DNA of 60,694 nucleotides, filler included, from Nemertoderma westbladi (GCA_032718475.1; 2 parts of 2 records of this genome joined end to end with filler, not necessarily neighbours in it); one strand, 5' to 3'; shown: positions 20,340 to 33,182, counted from the first letter of the whole stretch. The notes: generated by a model from the sequence alone, not told the origin. Made by a program: numbers and translations.

Positions 20340-22010
20340 ATAAGGTCCGAGATGCGGGAACCAGTGGTAAGGGAGCCGAATTTTGAAAATGGGGACCCAG
20401 GGTTAGGGGAAGATTTGCGGATCCGCGGAGTGTGGCAGCCTCAGACCGAGGCGTTGAGTGATTTTAAGGTAATGAACCTTGACGCCCGATCATACATTGG
20501 TGCAGCCAATTGGTACAGCTGTGAGTTCTTGCCGAATCAGAAGAAATGGATCTAGGACACTTCCCCCCCGGACACTTCCCCCCCGGACACTTCCCCCCCG
20601 CCCAAGTAGGACACTTCCCCCCCGGACACTTCCCCCCCGGACACTTGCCCCCCGGACACTTCCCCCCCAGTTAAAGTGTTAAAATTAATATGGGTGCATC
20701 AAAGCAATAAACAAAAGTTAAAGATGGTTACAGGACAAGTTGTATCTTAGACAAGTTTTTTCAAAATTATAAAAGAAACATTTTTATAGTCAAATTTTGT
20801 TTGTTTTTCTTTTAATTCCTTTAATTCTTTTAATTTCTTTTAATTGGGGGCTGCCGCCCCCAAACCCCCGCTTCTTTTCTTGGGGGCTACCGCCCCCAAA
20901 CCCCCGCTTCTTTTCTTGGGGCTGCCGCCCCCAAACCCCCGCTTCTTTTCTTGGGGGTTATCGCCCCCAGACCCCGGCATTTCCCTGAGTGCCCGTGGTG
21001 AAAGACTTAAGACCACTTTGAAATAATTAATTCATGTTTGTATCATCAGATAATAAATTGACTAAGCCTAAAGTAGGAGCTGTATTGAATGTTAACCAAT
21101 TTAATATATAAATTACTACAATATTATATAATTCAACAAAATCCTATTAAAAATATTGCAAGTAACCAGGAAATTTAATATGTAGTGTGTATAATATCTA
21201 TATAGTATGTATAGTAGTAATATGTATATCAATATGTAATGCTGAACACATGTCTTGAAGAAGACTATTACGTAATAATACCTATATTTAAAACAATTAA
21301 TTATTATAATTCTATAGTTAATAAAAGCAGTATATCATCATTCCGGGGATGGAATTTATAGGTCATCTAATATAATTAATTGTTTAAAGATTAGCAAACA
21401 ATACGATGTAATTGCATTGATAAAACCCATAAATAAAACTTGGATATAAAATGTAAAATCGGGATGCAAAAGATCACTTTCTGAGCTACGAAAGGAAAAT
21501 TGGATACAACTTATCTGGATACAAACGGTCCATTTACCTTACAAAATGAAAAATACGAATGTGCGAAGTTAAGATCGTCGGGGGGGAAGTGTCCGCGGGG
21601 GGGAAGTGTCTGGGGGGGAAGTGTCCGGGGGGGAAGTGTCCTACTTGAGCGGGGGGGAACTGTCCGGGGGGGAAGTGTCCGGGGGGGAAGTGTCCGAACA
21701 CCAGAAGAAATCAAATCACGTAAATATAGAAACGCCTGTGAAGAAAGGAGGGCTTCCTTTACTCCCACGGTTTACTCGATAGGTGGTGTTGCTGGAAGAG
21801 AGGCACAAAGATTTCTAGGTGGTCGACTGGTTACAAAATGGGGCAAAGGGTATGGGGAGGTTATGGGATGGGTAAGGGCTCATCTTCAATTCGCTATTAT
21901 TCGGACTACAGGTCCACTGTCTTAGGGGGTCGAGATCCAAATGGCGAAATGATCTGGGAATAGAGGATGCTGCAGGGACGATGAGACTGTCAATGAAGTA
22001 ATTTGGGGGT
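20340..22010 (+). mobile_element. Degenerate 3' fragment of a CRE-like non-LTR retrotransposon (restriction-like endonuclease domain), split by a foldback insertion
   Basis: VVREP..DLRIRGVWQPQTEALSDFKV..DARSY, then EEIKSRKYRNACEERRASFTPTVYSIGG..KWGKGYGEVMGWVRAHLQFAIIR..LRGSRSKWR. Frameshifted. Confidence 0.75.
20548..21702. mobile_element. Mutator/foldback-like non-autonomous DNA transposon with 9-bp TSD
   Basis: TSD AGAAGAAAT at 20539-20547 and 21703-21711. GG...CC termini. The TIRs are built from GGACACTTCCCCCCC tandem units (left) and their complement (right). Internal ~36-bp GC repeats at 20845-20980. Confidence 0.85.
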
Positions 22011-22029
22011 GGCGACTCATTTAAAACGG

Positions 22030-25000
22030 TCACTTAACGTAATGGCATACTGCACTGTAGCAGTCACTAACTTAATGGCTTACTGCATGTAGCAGTGACT
22101 AACTTAATGGCTTACTGCACTGTAGCAGTCACTAACTTAATGGCTTACTGCACTGTAGCAGTCACTAACTTAATGGCTTACTGCATGTAGCAGTCACTAA
22201 CTTAATGGCTTACCGCACTGTAGCAGTCACTAACTTTATGGCTTACTGCACAGTAACAGTCACTAACTTAATGGCTTACTGCACTGTAGCAGTCACTAAC
22301 TTAATGGCTTACTGCACTGTAGCAATCACTAACTTAATGGCTTACTGCACTGTAGCAGTCACTAACATAATGGCATACTGCACTGTAGCAGTCACTAACT
22401 TAATAGCTTACTGCACTGTAGCAATCACTAACTTAATGGCATACTGCACTGTAGCAGTCACTAACTTAATGGCTTACTGCACTGTAGCAGTCACTAACTC
22501 AATGGCTTACTGCACTGTAGCAGTTACTAACTTAATGACTTACTGCATTGTAGCAGTCACTAACTTAATGGCTTACTGCATGTAGCAGTCACTAACTTAA
22601 TGGCTTACTGCACTGTAGCAGTCACTAACTTTATGGCTTACTGCACAGTAACAGTCACTAACTTAATGGCTTACTGCACTGTAGCAGTCACTAACTTAAT
22701 GGTATACTGCACTGTAGCAGTCACTAACTTAATGGCTTACTGCATGTAGCAGTGACTAACTTAATGGCTTACTGCACTGTAGCAGTTACTAACTTAATGG
22801 CTTACTGCATGTAGCAGTGACTAACTTAATGGCTTACTGCACTGTAGCAGTCACTAACTTAATGGCTTACTGCACTGTAGCAGTCACTAACTTAATGGCA
22901 TACTGCACTGTAGCAGTCACTAACTTAATGGCTTACTGCATGTAGCAGTCACTAACTTAATGGCTTACTGCACTGTAGCAATCACTAACTTAATGGCATA
23001 CTGCACTGTAGCAGTCACTAACTTAATGGCTTACTGCACTGTAGCAGTCACTAACTCAATGGCTTACTGCACTGTAGCAGTCACTAACTTTATGGCATAC
23101 TGCACTGTAGCAGTCACTAACTTAATGGCTTACTGCACTGTAGCAATCACTAACTTAATGGCATACTGCACTGTAGTAGTTACTAACTTAATGGCTTACT
23201 GCACTGTAGCAATCACTAACTTAATGGCTTACAGCACTGTAGCAGTTACTAACTTAATGGCTTACTGCACTGTAGCAGTCACTAACTTAATGGCTTACTG
23301 CACTGTAGCAGTCACTAACTTAATGGCTTACTGCACTGTAGCAGTCACTAACTCAATGGCTTACTGCACTGTAGCAGTCATTAACTCAATGGCTTACTGC
23401 ACTGTAGCAGTCACTAACTTAATGGCTTACCGCACTGTAGCAGTCACTAACTTTATGGCTTACTGCACAGTAACAGTCACTAACTTAATGGCTTACTGCA
23501 CTGTAGCAGTCACTAACTTAATGGCTTACTGCACTGTAGCAATCACTAACTTAATGGCTTACTGCACTGTAGCAGTCACTAACATAATGGCATACTGCAC
23601 TGTAGCAGTCACTAACTTAATAGCTTACTGCACTGTAGCAATCACTAACTTAATGGCATACTGCACTGTAGCAGTCACTAACTTAATGGCTTACTGCACT
23701 GTAGCAGTCACTAACTCAATGGCTTACTGCACTGTAGCAGTTACTAACTTAATGACTTACTGCATTGTAGCAGTCACTAACTTAATGGCTTACTGCATGT
23801 AGCAGTCACTAACTTAATGGCTTACTGCACTGTAGCAGTCACTAACTTTATGGCTTACTGCACAGTAACAGTCACTAACTTAATGGCTTAACTGCACTGT
23901 AGCAGTCACTAACTTAATGGTATACTGCACTGTAGCAGTCACTAACTTAATGGCTTACTGCATGTAGCAGTGACTAACTTAATGGCTTACTGCACTGTAG
24001 CAGTTACTAACTTAATGGCTTACTGCATGTAGCAGTGACTAACTTAATGGCTTACTGCACTGTAGCAGTCACTAACTTAATGGCTTACTGCACTGTAGCA
24101 GTCACTAACTTAATGGCATACTGCACTGTAGCAGTCACTAACTTAATGGCTTACTGCACTGTAGCAGTCACTAACTTAATGGCTTACTGCACTGTAGCAA
24201 TCACTAACTTAATGGCATACTGCACTGTAGCAGTCACTAACTTAATGGCTTACTGCACTGTAGCAGTCACTAACTCAATGGCTTACTGCACTGTAGCAGT
24301 CACTAACTTTATGGCATACTGCACTGTAGCAGTCACTAACTTAATGGCTTACTGCACTGTAGCAATCACTAACTTAATGGCATACTGCACTGTAGTAGTT
24401 ACTAACTTAATGGCTTACTGCACTGTAGCAATCACTAACTTAATGGCTTACAGCACTGTAGCAGTTACTAACTTAATGGCTTACTGCACTGTAGCAGTCA
24501 CTAACTTAATGGCTTACTGCACTGTAGCAGTCACTAACTTAATGGCTTACTGCACTGTAGCAGTCACTAACTCAATGGCTTACTGCACTGTAGCAGTCAT
24601 TAACTCAATGGCTTACTGCACTGTAGCAGTCACTAACTTAATGGCTTACTGCACTGTAGCAGTCACTAACTTAATGGCTTACTGCACTGTAGCAGTCACT
24701 AACTTAATGGCTTACTGCACTGTAGCAGTCACTAACTTAATGGCTTACTGCACTGTAGCAGTCACTAATTTAATGGCTTACTGCACTGTAGCAGTCACCA
24801 ACTCAATGGCTTACTGCACTGTAGCAGTCACTAACTTAATGGCTTACTGCACTGTAGCAGTCACTAATTTAATGGCTTACTGCACTGTAGCAGTCACTAA
24901 CTCAATGGCTTACTGCACTGTAGCAGTCACTAACTTAAATGGCTTACTGCACTGTAGCAGTCACTAACTTAATGGCATACTGCACTGTATCAGTCACTAA

Positions 25001-25203
25001 CTTAATAGCTTACTACATTGTAGCAGTCACTAACTTAATGGCATACTGCACTGTAGCAGTCACTAACTTAATGGCTTACTGGTACTGCACTGTAGCAGTC
25101 ACTAACTTAATGGCTTACTGCACTGTGACTGTAGCAGTCACTAACTTAATGGCTTACTGCACTGTAGCAGTCACTAACTTAATGGCTTACTGAACTGTAG
25201 CAG
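22030..25203. repeat. 33-bp minisatellite (GCAGTCACTAACTTAATGGCTTACTGCACTGTA), ~96 copies, with ~1.2-kb higher-order duplication
   Basis: Direct periodicity. The variant-unit pattern starting at 22205 recurs at 23422, and the one starting at 22960 recurs at ~24179. Confidence 0.97.
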
Positions 25204-25817
25204 TATTCTCTACGGTATATTTCTACGGTACTGCCAATCGATTCCCTATAAAAAATAACGCAAATTGTTTTTTTGTTGAACTTTTTTGAAAATAATTTTT
25301 TTTTTCAAAATTATAAAATTTGCCTAATTTTCTTCGCGACTGGGGGGTGGGGTAAATTTTTTTCGATCCGCTATAACTCCGGAACGCTTGGTCAAAATTT
25401 GACGCCTTACGGAATTCGATGGGGTTTTGATTTTTATATTAAACGCAATATCCTGAATCTCACTAGCCTAGTGTCGAGTCACCAATGCCAAGACTTCATA
25501 CAGTTTGAGGAAATTTTTCTACAATAATTTGTATTCAAATACATTCCTAAGGATTTCTTATTACTGGGTGCATATAAACAGTAAATCGAATAAATTATCA
25601 ATTTATTACCTAAACGCGATATCGCGCATCGGACCAGCTTGGTTTCGACATTCCTAAACGAGGTCTTCACTTTCGCAGGTTGATTTTGTTCTAGAATTAA
25701 GCAACTAATAATAGATCGAATTTCTTAGTAATTATTGTGTGAAATATGATTGTATTTTTACATAGTTAGTTCTATACATCGAAGTATAATATATAAAACT
25801 GTAATATTAATGTTTAA

Positions 25818-25916
25818 GGGCGGGGTACACCATTTTCGGACAACTCTTCGATTTATCACTCTCAGCGTTTCAAAATTTCTTTCCAAAATTCCAAAATGGT
25901 GTACCCCCCCCCCCCC
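25818..25916. mobile_element. Very small TTAA-flanked MITE (Kolobok/piggyBac-like target site)
   Basis: TTAA|GGGCGGGGTACACCATTTT ... AAAATGGTGTACCCCC..CCC|TTAA. Confidence 0.65.
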
Positions 25917-25984
25917 TTAACGCAAATTCGTAACCTTTAAATGGGAAAGAAGTCGAAATGATGCCGTTCGTGGCGTATCCATAG

Positions 25985-26342
25985 TTATAACTTCAGGGAT
26001 AATGACTGTAGAAAGGGTCTAATGCCACGGTTAACAAAAACAGTTTCTATTTATATGGCCATTTCATCCTCATGGACGTCTTCAGTAAATAAATTAAAAT
26101 AACATTAAAACACAATTTATAAACCTAAGAATATTTAAAAAAACTTTAAACTTTAATTATTTTAACTTTTAACTTTAATTAAACTTTTTTAAAAATTTTT
26201 AGGTTTCTAAATTGTGTTTTAATGTTATTTTAATTTATTTACTGAAGACGTCCATGAGGATGAAATGGCCATATAAATAGAATCTGTTTTTGTTAACCGT
26301 GGCATTAGACCCTTTCTACAGTCATTATCCCTGAAGTTATAA
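25985..26342. repeat. Long near-perfect inverted repeat (~155-bp arms, ~45-bp AT spacer); foldback MITE
   Basis: TTATAACTTCAGGGATAATGACTGTAGAAAGGGTCTAATGCCACGG... pairs with ...CCGTGGCATTAGACCCTTTCTACAGTCATTATCCCTGAAGTTATAA. Confidence 0.92.
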
Positions 26343-27344
26343 TTCGTAACCTGCTCTGATTTGTAACCGGGAACTCAAATTTGTTATTAAGACAGATTTG
26401 TAACTATAAACTCAGATTTGTTACCAGGAACTCAAATTCGTAACCGCTACCAGTTGATTGTTTTTTATGAAACATAAAAGGTCGGTTCCTTATCGGGCCA
26501 CCAGGCCCTTCACTAGTAAATATTCGGTAATCTTATATCTTGTAAACGTGCTTGATAAGGAAATTATTTGCTTCATATTATATTTTTGTTAGTGGTAGCA
26601 AAGTTTAATTTTTTATTATGTGGGACGAGCCATAAAGTCAGTTAGCCTCACGCCTTACAGTTTAGACAATTGGTTAGTTTCCTTACTGCTGCTGACTGAC
26701 GTAGTTCATTTGTAAATAGTCTTGGCTAGGATTCCTCCCCCGGGCTCCTTCCAGCCAGCTTGATGGCTTTCTAGTTTTCTATATATTCCAAAAAATAACC
26801 GGCTCATTGAATGAAATGAATTATATTAAAATGAATAATATTGAATGAAATTTAAATAAATTCGTGTTTGAAAATTCCGAGTAAGGTATCTAAATTTTTA
26901 CATGAGTTCCAAATTTCTTGGACTTTGGGTGGATAAAATACTATCTTGGAAACCCCACATCCTAAACATACTCAAAAGTATCTTGAACTTCCGGGCTATT
27001 TTACAAATTACGATACATTTCTCCCTTTCGGCCTTCATATCTTACGTCAGCTCTACTGTACTTTAGTCTCATCCACACATACATAACCTGTGTACCTCTA
27101 CTTTGGGAATTACTCACGCAATAACACTTAGACCTATTAGGATAAAAGTTAAAAAGATTCTAAGGTGCATTACCCGAATTAAAAATACTGACTAATCTGA
27201 TAAGTCTTATAATTAATTATTTGCCATCCGCATGGCTTTACAAACTAGACCAGTTTCACAGTAACCCAAAAAAGAGCTCATAACCACTGCTGTCATGTGA
27301 GTTACATTTGCATATTTTCTGCAGATGGCATCGTTTTGTTACTA

Positions 27345-28887
27345 CAGTCCCACTCTCAAAAAGCATTCCTTTGATCAAACATTGATCAAACTTTGATCAA
27401 ACATTCATCAAAGTTTGATCAAAATGTGTCCATAGAGTAGCATTGAAAGTAGCATTGGCATTGAAATGACCTTGATGGCATATTGAAATGACCTTGAAAT
27501 CGACGGACCGAAATTCCAGACTTTCTGTCTCATATTGAAATGACATTGAAATGATTTCAAGGTAACAGTTTACATCTCTCTTCTGCGGCAAACCTTTGTA
27601 CTCAGATTCCCGCCAAGAACTGGCTTTTGTTCTTGGCCAAGCCGCGTTGTGATTGACAGGGCGGCGGATGGAGCTTGCTTGATTTTGTGGATGGACTGGA
27701 CAGTACATTTACAACGCAGTGTTGTGGTAGTGTCAGACTGCGTCTTCTAGGGACTATTATTACACTAACAACTAGTTAAGATAAACCCATGGTAGCATGG
27801 AATATTTTTAAATTATTATTTATTAGAAATTTGTTTTATGTTCCTTAAATCAGAATCAAGGCCAAAGACCTCCATTGGCGTAGCAGTGCGATGGCTGCAT
27901 TGTATTTTCTGATACAGTAATTGTTTAAATTCGGCAAGCTTTCCTCCTGCCCCTGTCTCTAATTTTCATAATAAATGTAAATAAAGAAATGTACGTAATT
28001 TGATTTTAATACTCTGATGAGGTATTTTTATTGAAAACTTAATTTCCTTGAAGTAAACTATGTACATCTTTAGTTACTTAGTTTTTAAATCAGAAAAACA
28101 TATTATTGTGATCATAATTTTTTAAATATTAAAAATCAAATTGGGTTATTAGTACTTATTAAATTCTGCTCATTCATTTTCAATTAATGGATGGTTTTAA
28201 CCATCCGACAAACCACACTTTTGCTCACAGGTCGTTGTACAGTAAGACAAGTTACAAGACCCTCTCTTAATTGTTGTGGACTATTACTATATCATTGTAC
28301 AGTACAAGCTGAGGACCTGCACGCCCCCCCCCCCCCCCCCCCCCCCCATTATAATGTGTTGTAGATAGCCATCCACCCAACCCATTGCGTAACTCAGAAT
28401 AAACTCCACACATCCCTTACCCCTTGCTTTCATTACCGCCAAGTGGTGATTCAATTGTGGCTGTTTATTTTCTGATAATCGCGGTGAATTATTATAACCT
28501 AGGCGGTCCGGTTTAAATAACGGTTACAGCTTATAAACGTATGGTATTATATGGACGTGGTCGTGTGCTCTGGAGACACCCTGTACAGAGTATGTGTAGC
28601 ATTACACACACAGAGAGAGGGATAGAGTGAGAGAGAGAGTGCTGCTTGATTGACACACGGCTCAGTGGGAATCGAGACTTTGAAGTGCAGCGCCTTGGGT
28701 AGAACCATTACCTACTATAACTGTTAACTGTTATAACATATGTTAACTGTTATAAAACTGTTATAGTAGGTCATGGTAGAACTCAATGACAGGATTTATA
28801 AGCCTGGTACTTTTCAATATTTGATCAAATTTTGATCAAAGTTTGATCAATGTTTGATCAAAGGAATGCTTTTTGAGAGCGGGACTG
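27345..28887. mobile_element. Non-autonomous Tc1/mariner-like element (~55-bp TIRs, TA TSD)
   Basis: TA|CAGTCCCACTCTCAAAAAGCATTCCTTTGATCAAACATTGATCAAAC ... GTTTGATCAATGTTTGATCAAAGGAATGCTTTTTGAGAGCGGGACTG|TA. No transposase ORF inside. Confidence 0.85.
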
Positions 28888-29298
28888 TAATTAATAATAT
28901 TATTGCGCGGTTACACATCCAATTTGGCCAAATTATAATGGCAGCTGGCAGGTACTGCCTGACAGTCTGAGCAGAGTGTACCTTGAATGGTGTTGTGTAC
29001 GGTATATGAATCATGGTGTGGGCAGCCCGGGCACTTCTTTATTGGTTGTGATTCAATTAGGCCTACACTCCATTCTTTGTATGAAGTGTTGCAGCTCAAT
29101 ATAATTATATTAACAAGCCCCCCCCCCCCCCCCCCCCCCCCAGATATTATGATCAACATACGGGCGTGATTCTATTCTACCACCGGTAGATAAATATTAG
29201 TTTTAATTTTTAAATAATGTAGTTACATGGAGTTGTTCTTACAAATTATATGGGCAAGAGGCTGACGGAATTGATGTATTACTGTGGGGTTGGTGAGG

Positions 29299-29398
29299 NN
29301 NNNNNNNNNNNNNNNNNNNNNNNNNNNNNNNNNNNNNNNNNNTTAATTAATTAANNNNNNNNNNNNNNNNNNNNNNNNNNNNNNNNNNNNNNNNNNNN
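29299..29398. other. Artificial assembly gap/linker (44 N + TTAATTAATTAA + 44 N)
   Basis: Exactly 100 bp and symmetric, with a 12-mer that has stop codons in all six frames. Confidence 0.97.
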
Positions 29399-29433
29399 GG
29401 TTAAACTGCTAAAGGTCTTCAAAAGCGCGAACA

Positions 29434-31130
29434 CTATGAGTTGAGTAGTCCCAATCGGCAATATACAGGCCTATGAGTTGTGTAGTCCCAATCGGCAATA
29501 TACATGCCTATGAGTTGTGTAGTCCCAATCGGCAATATACAGGCCTATGAGTTGAGTAGTCCCAATCGGCAATATACAGGCCAATGAGTTGAGTAGTCCC
29601 AATCGGCAATATACAGGCCTATGAGTTGAGTAGTCCCAATCGGCAATATACAGGCCTATGAGTTGAGTAGTCCCAATCGGCAATATACAGGCCAATGAGT
29701 TGAGTAGTCCCAATCGGCAATATACAGGCCTATGAGTTGAGTAGTCCCAATCGGCAATATACAGGCCTATGAGTTGATATGAGTAGTCCCAATCGGCAAT
29801 ATACAGGCCTATGAGTTGAGTAGTCCAAATCGGCAATATACAGGCCTATGAGTTGAGTAGTCCCAATCAGCAATATACAGGCCTATGAGTTGAGTAGTCC
29901 AAATCGGCAATATACAGGCCTATGAGTTGAGTAGTCCCAATCAGCAATATACAGGCCTATGAGTTGAGTAGTCCAAATCGGCAATATACAGGCCTATGAG
30001 TTGTGTAGTCCCAATCGGCAATATACAGGCCAATGAGTTGAGTAGTCCCAATCAGCAATATACAGGCCTATGAGTTGAGTAGTCCAAATCGGCAATATAC
30101 AGGCCTATGAGTTGTGTAGTCCCAATCGGCAATATACAGGCCAATGAGTTGAGTAGTCCCAATCGGCAATATACAGGCCTATGAGTTGAGTAGTCCAAAT
30201 CGGCAATATACAGGCCTATGAGTTGAGTAGTCCCAATCAGCAATATACAGGCCTATGAGTTGAGTAGTCCAAATCGGCAATATACAGGCCTATGAGTTGT
30301 GTAGTCCCAATCGGCAATATACAGGCCAATGAGTTGAGTAGTCCCAATCGGCAATATACAGGCCAATGAGTTGAGTAGTCCCAATCGGCAATATACAGGC
30401 CTATGAGTTGAGTAGTCCCAATCGGCAATATACAGGCCAATGAGTTGAGTAGTCCCAATCGGCAATATACAGGCCTATGAGTTGAGTAGTCCCAATCGGC
30501 AATATACAGGCCTATGAGTTGAGTAGTCCCAATCGGCAATATACAGGCCAATGAGTTGAGTAGTCCCAATCGGCAATATACAGGCCTATGAGTTGAGTAG
30601 TCCCAATCGGCAATATACAGGCCTATGAGTTGAGTAGTCCCAATCGGCAATATACAGGCCTATGAGTTGAGTAGTCCAAATCGGCAATATGCAGGCCTAT
30701 GAGTTGAGTAGTCCCAATCGGCAATATACAGGCCTATGAGTTGAGTAGTCCAAATCGGCAATATACAGGCCTATGAGTTGTGTAGTCCCAATCGGCAATA
30801 TACAGGCCTATGAGTTGAGTAGTCCCAATCGGCAATATACAGGCCTATGAGTTGAGTAGTCCAAATCGGCAATATACAGGCCTATGAGTTGAGTAGTCCC
30901 AATCGGCAATATACAGGCCTATGAGTTGAGTAGTCCCAATCGGCAATATACAGGCCTATGAGTTGAGTAGTCCCAATCGGCAATATACAGGCCTATGAGT
31001 TGAGTAGTCCCAATCGGCAATATACAGGCCTATGAGTTGAGTAGTCCAAATCGGCAATATACAGGCCTATGAGTTGAGTAGTCCCAATCGGCAATATACA
31101 GGCCTATGAGTTGAGTAGTCCCAACTCATA
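29434..31130. repeat. 37-bp minisatellite (CTATGAGTTGAGTAGTCCCAATCGGCAATATACAGGC), ~46 copies
   Basis: Direct tandem periodicity (e.g. 29471 to 29508). Confidence 0.97.
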
Positions 31131-31284
31131 GTTAAATATCCCTTCCTTGCATTGCTGGAGAAGCAATTACGCTGAGATGCTGATTTGAGATTAGGGGATA
31201 CAATTGGCGATTGGCACTGCCAACCTGTCCACCCAATTGATTAAAGCATCGCCCCAGTCCCAGACACTGCAACTGGAGGGTCTT

Positions 31285-31831
31285 GGGACGTTAGTGCCCG
31301 CGAGAGGTTAGTGCCCAGCCTAGCGACTTAGTTAGTATATGTAATAAATACAACAGGCCAGGAAAACATTTCCCTGCTGATGCAAACGAGTCGTTACTTT
31401 CTTGAAACTTCTAAGGCAATTTCCAGTCTTTAGTTCCCGCATCTCGTTATTTAACATTTTAAATTCAACTTGGATCTTTTAAGGTCAAAAATATATTAAC
31501 CTCGGTTAGACATGATAGCATTTATATTATTTTGTTTTGCGGTAAAATTTTAAAGGAATGAGCAACAGCGTTTGATTGTTTATAAGTAACCTACTTTTGA
31601 TTGAGTATACTTATTAATTTGTTGACCTTTACTGGAGACAGTAAAAAAACAAGGTGCAGTACTACAGTATAATCGTCGGAGGACGCACTAACCAATATAT
31701 TTTAGTAATTAATTAATGATTTCAAGAAAAATACTCCGTCGACTGTCTGACAATTTGTCGACGATTTAAAAGTAAAGTAGTACTTTTAGTTAATAACACT
31801 AGCACTAACGTCTCGCGGGCACTAACGTCCC
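31285..31831. mobile_element. MITE-like element with ~30-bp TIRs
   Basis: GGGACGTTAGTGCCCGCGAGAGGTTAGTGC ... GCACTAACGTCTCGCGGGCACTAACGTCCC. TSD not resolved. Confidence 0.6.
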
Positions 31832-32528
31832 CCAATCAACTGGTGACGGAATTAAATCCTTCAAAAACATTTCAAATTGTTTTTTAAACGGTGTCATAGA
31901 TCCATGAACAGAGTTCCACCAGTTTCGTAAAATTCTGGTTGTTCGAAAAATAGTATAAATAAAATATTATTATTACTGTATTAGCTGCTATAGAGGTAAA
32001 TGAGTTGGGCATTAACAATATGAGATATCAATTAAAAGAAATGAAGACGTTACAGTGGCACGTTATTCTAACCAAAACAATAAACTAAAGTTTATAGGAC
32101 AGATTACAGTTTAATTTTGGGGAGCATTCAGTTGTTATTTCTGTCGATTTTCCACTGGAGAGGGATCCTTTCTAACTGAGTCAACAGTCAGTCCCTCTTA
32201 TCTGATGGTATAATAGCAGTGGGGTTGCTTATCGTTTGATAATTAATAATTTCATGCATCAATATTAATAGAAACCACAAAATTAAATTTGAGCAACAAA
32301 GAATAAATATATGAAAAAAGATAATATAGGGAAAGTTGTGAATGTGCTGCTGCTTAGCTTAAATTAAAATTGCTATTTGGCCTTATTTTACCTTTTGGAT
32401 TAACTCATAATGTTATGAATGACTTTGGCTATATAGATGCGGTGGAGTGTGTGTGTGGTGGTGGGGTGGGGTTGGGGTGGCGTGACATGTTACTCATTAC
32501 TACGTAATACCGAGCTTCCATCACTCAC

Positions 32529-32771
32529 CTTGAGTGAAGAATCTCTTGGGTAATTCCGGTTGCGTAGATTCGAGGATGACGTTTTATTCTTCCGAACTGA
32601 ACTAACAAATAGGCATCTATCGAATACAATCCTTTTAACGGCTCTCAATACATAGAATATGCTCTTAGGAGTTACGACGATGTTGAATGGCGCAGGTAAA
32701 GTAGAACCTTCATCGAAATATCCCATCCATAATTTCGTTCTCGCAAACTTCCATTCCATATCTGCGTGATC
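32529..32771 (-). CDS. TRPC: TRPC-family cation channel exon (TRP box and TRP domain)
   Basis: [37 protein letters not shown] (EWKFAR box plus LPxPFN). Acceptor atgcag| at 32772 and donor |gtgagt at 32528. Confidence 0.93.
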
Positions 32772-32980
32772 CTGCATATTATTATAAATAATTCATAAAC
32801 TTTCGTCGATCTATATTGCTTGCACAATAAGAATGTCTTCTTTTTAATTATACGAATTTCCAATATGGTGTATTTGAATTCGGATGCCATTAATATAATT
32901 TAACTCAAACTTGAAGTCAGACATGACAAGTTATAAACAACTTTGTAATGTTTAGGAACAAATATAATAAAAGTACTCGC

Positions 32981-33182
32981 CTCAATTCTCTGGTAGCTCA
33001 TACTCATCATTGCAATGAGCATATTGATAAGAACTATCATGGATGCGGCATTATAAACGGCAAACAGAGCTTTTCCTGTCATCGTAATTGTATCGTGCGG
33101 TTCAACCAGATCAAATTCTTTGATCCCGTTAGGAGCCAAGGAAAAAAGCGCCAAGTACAAATTCGCTAAAGAGGTAGGCAGA
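32981..33182 (-). CDS. TRPC: TRPC-family channel exon (pore helix and S6)
   Basis: LPTSLANLYLALFSL..TGKALFAVYNAASMIVLINMLIAMMSMSYQRIE. Acceptor ttgcag| at 33183. The in-frame donor is GC (GAG|gcgagt, 32980). Confidence 0.9.

Noticed and set aside
22030-25203. CRISPR array or MAYCTVAVTNL repeat protein
   Set aside because: Head-to-tail units with no unique spacers, no cas genes and a eukaryotic context. Two-bp deletions break the frame repeatedly.
29343-29354. TTAATTAATTAA as a biological motif
   Set aside because: Centred in a symmetric N run; a synthetic six-frame-stop linker.
29471-30650. ORFs in the 37-bp array
   Set aside because: The period is not a multiple of three; satellite artefacts.
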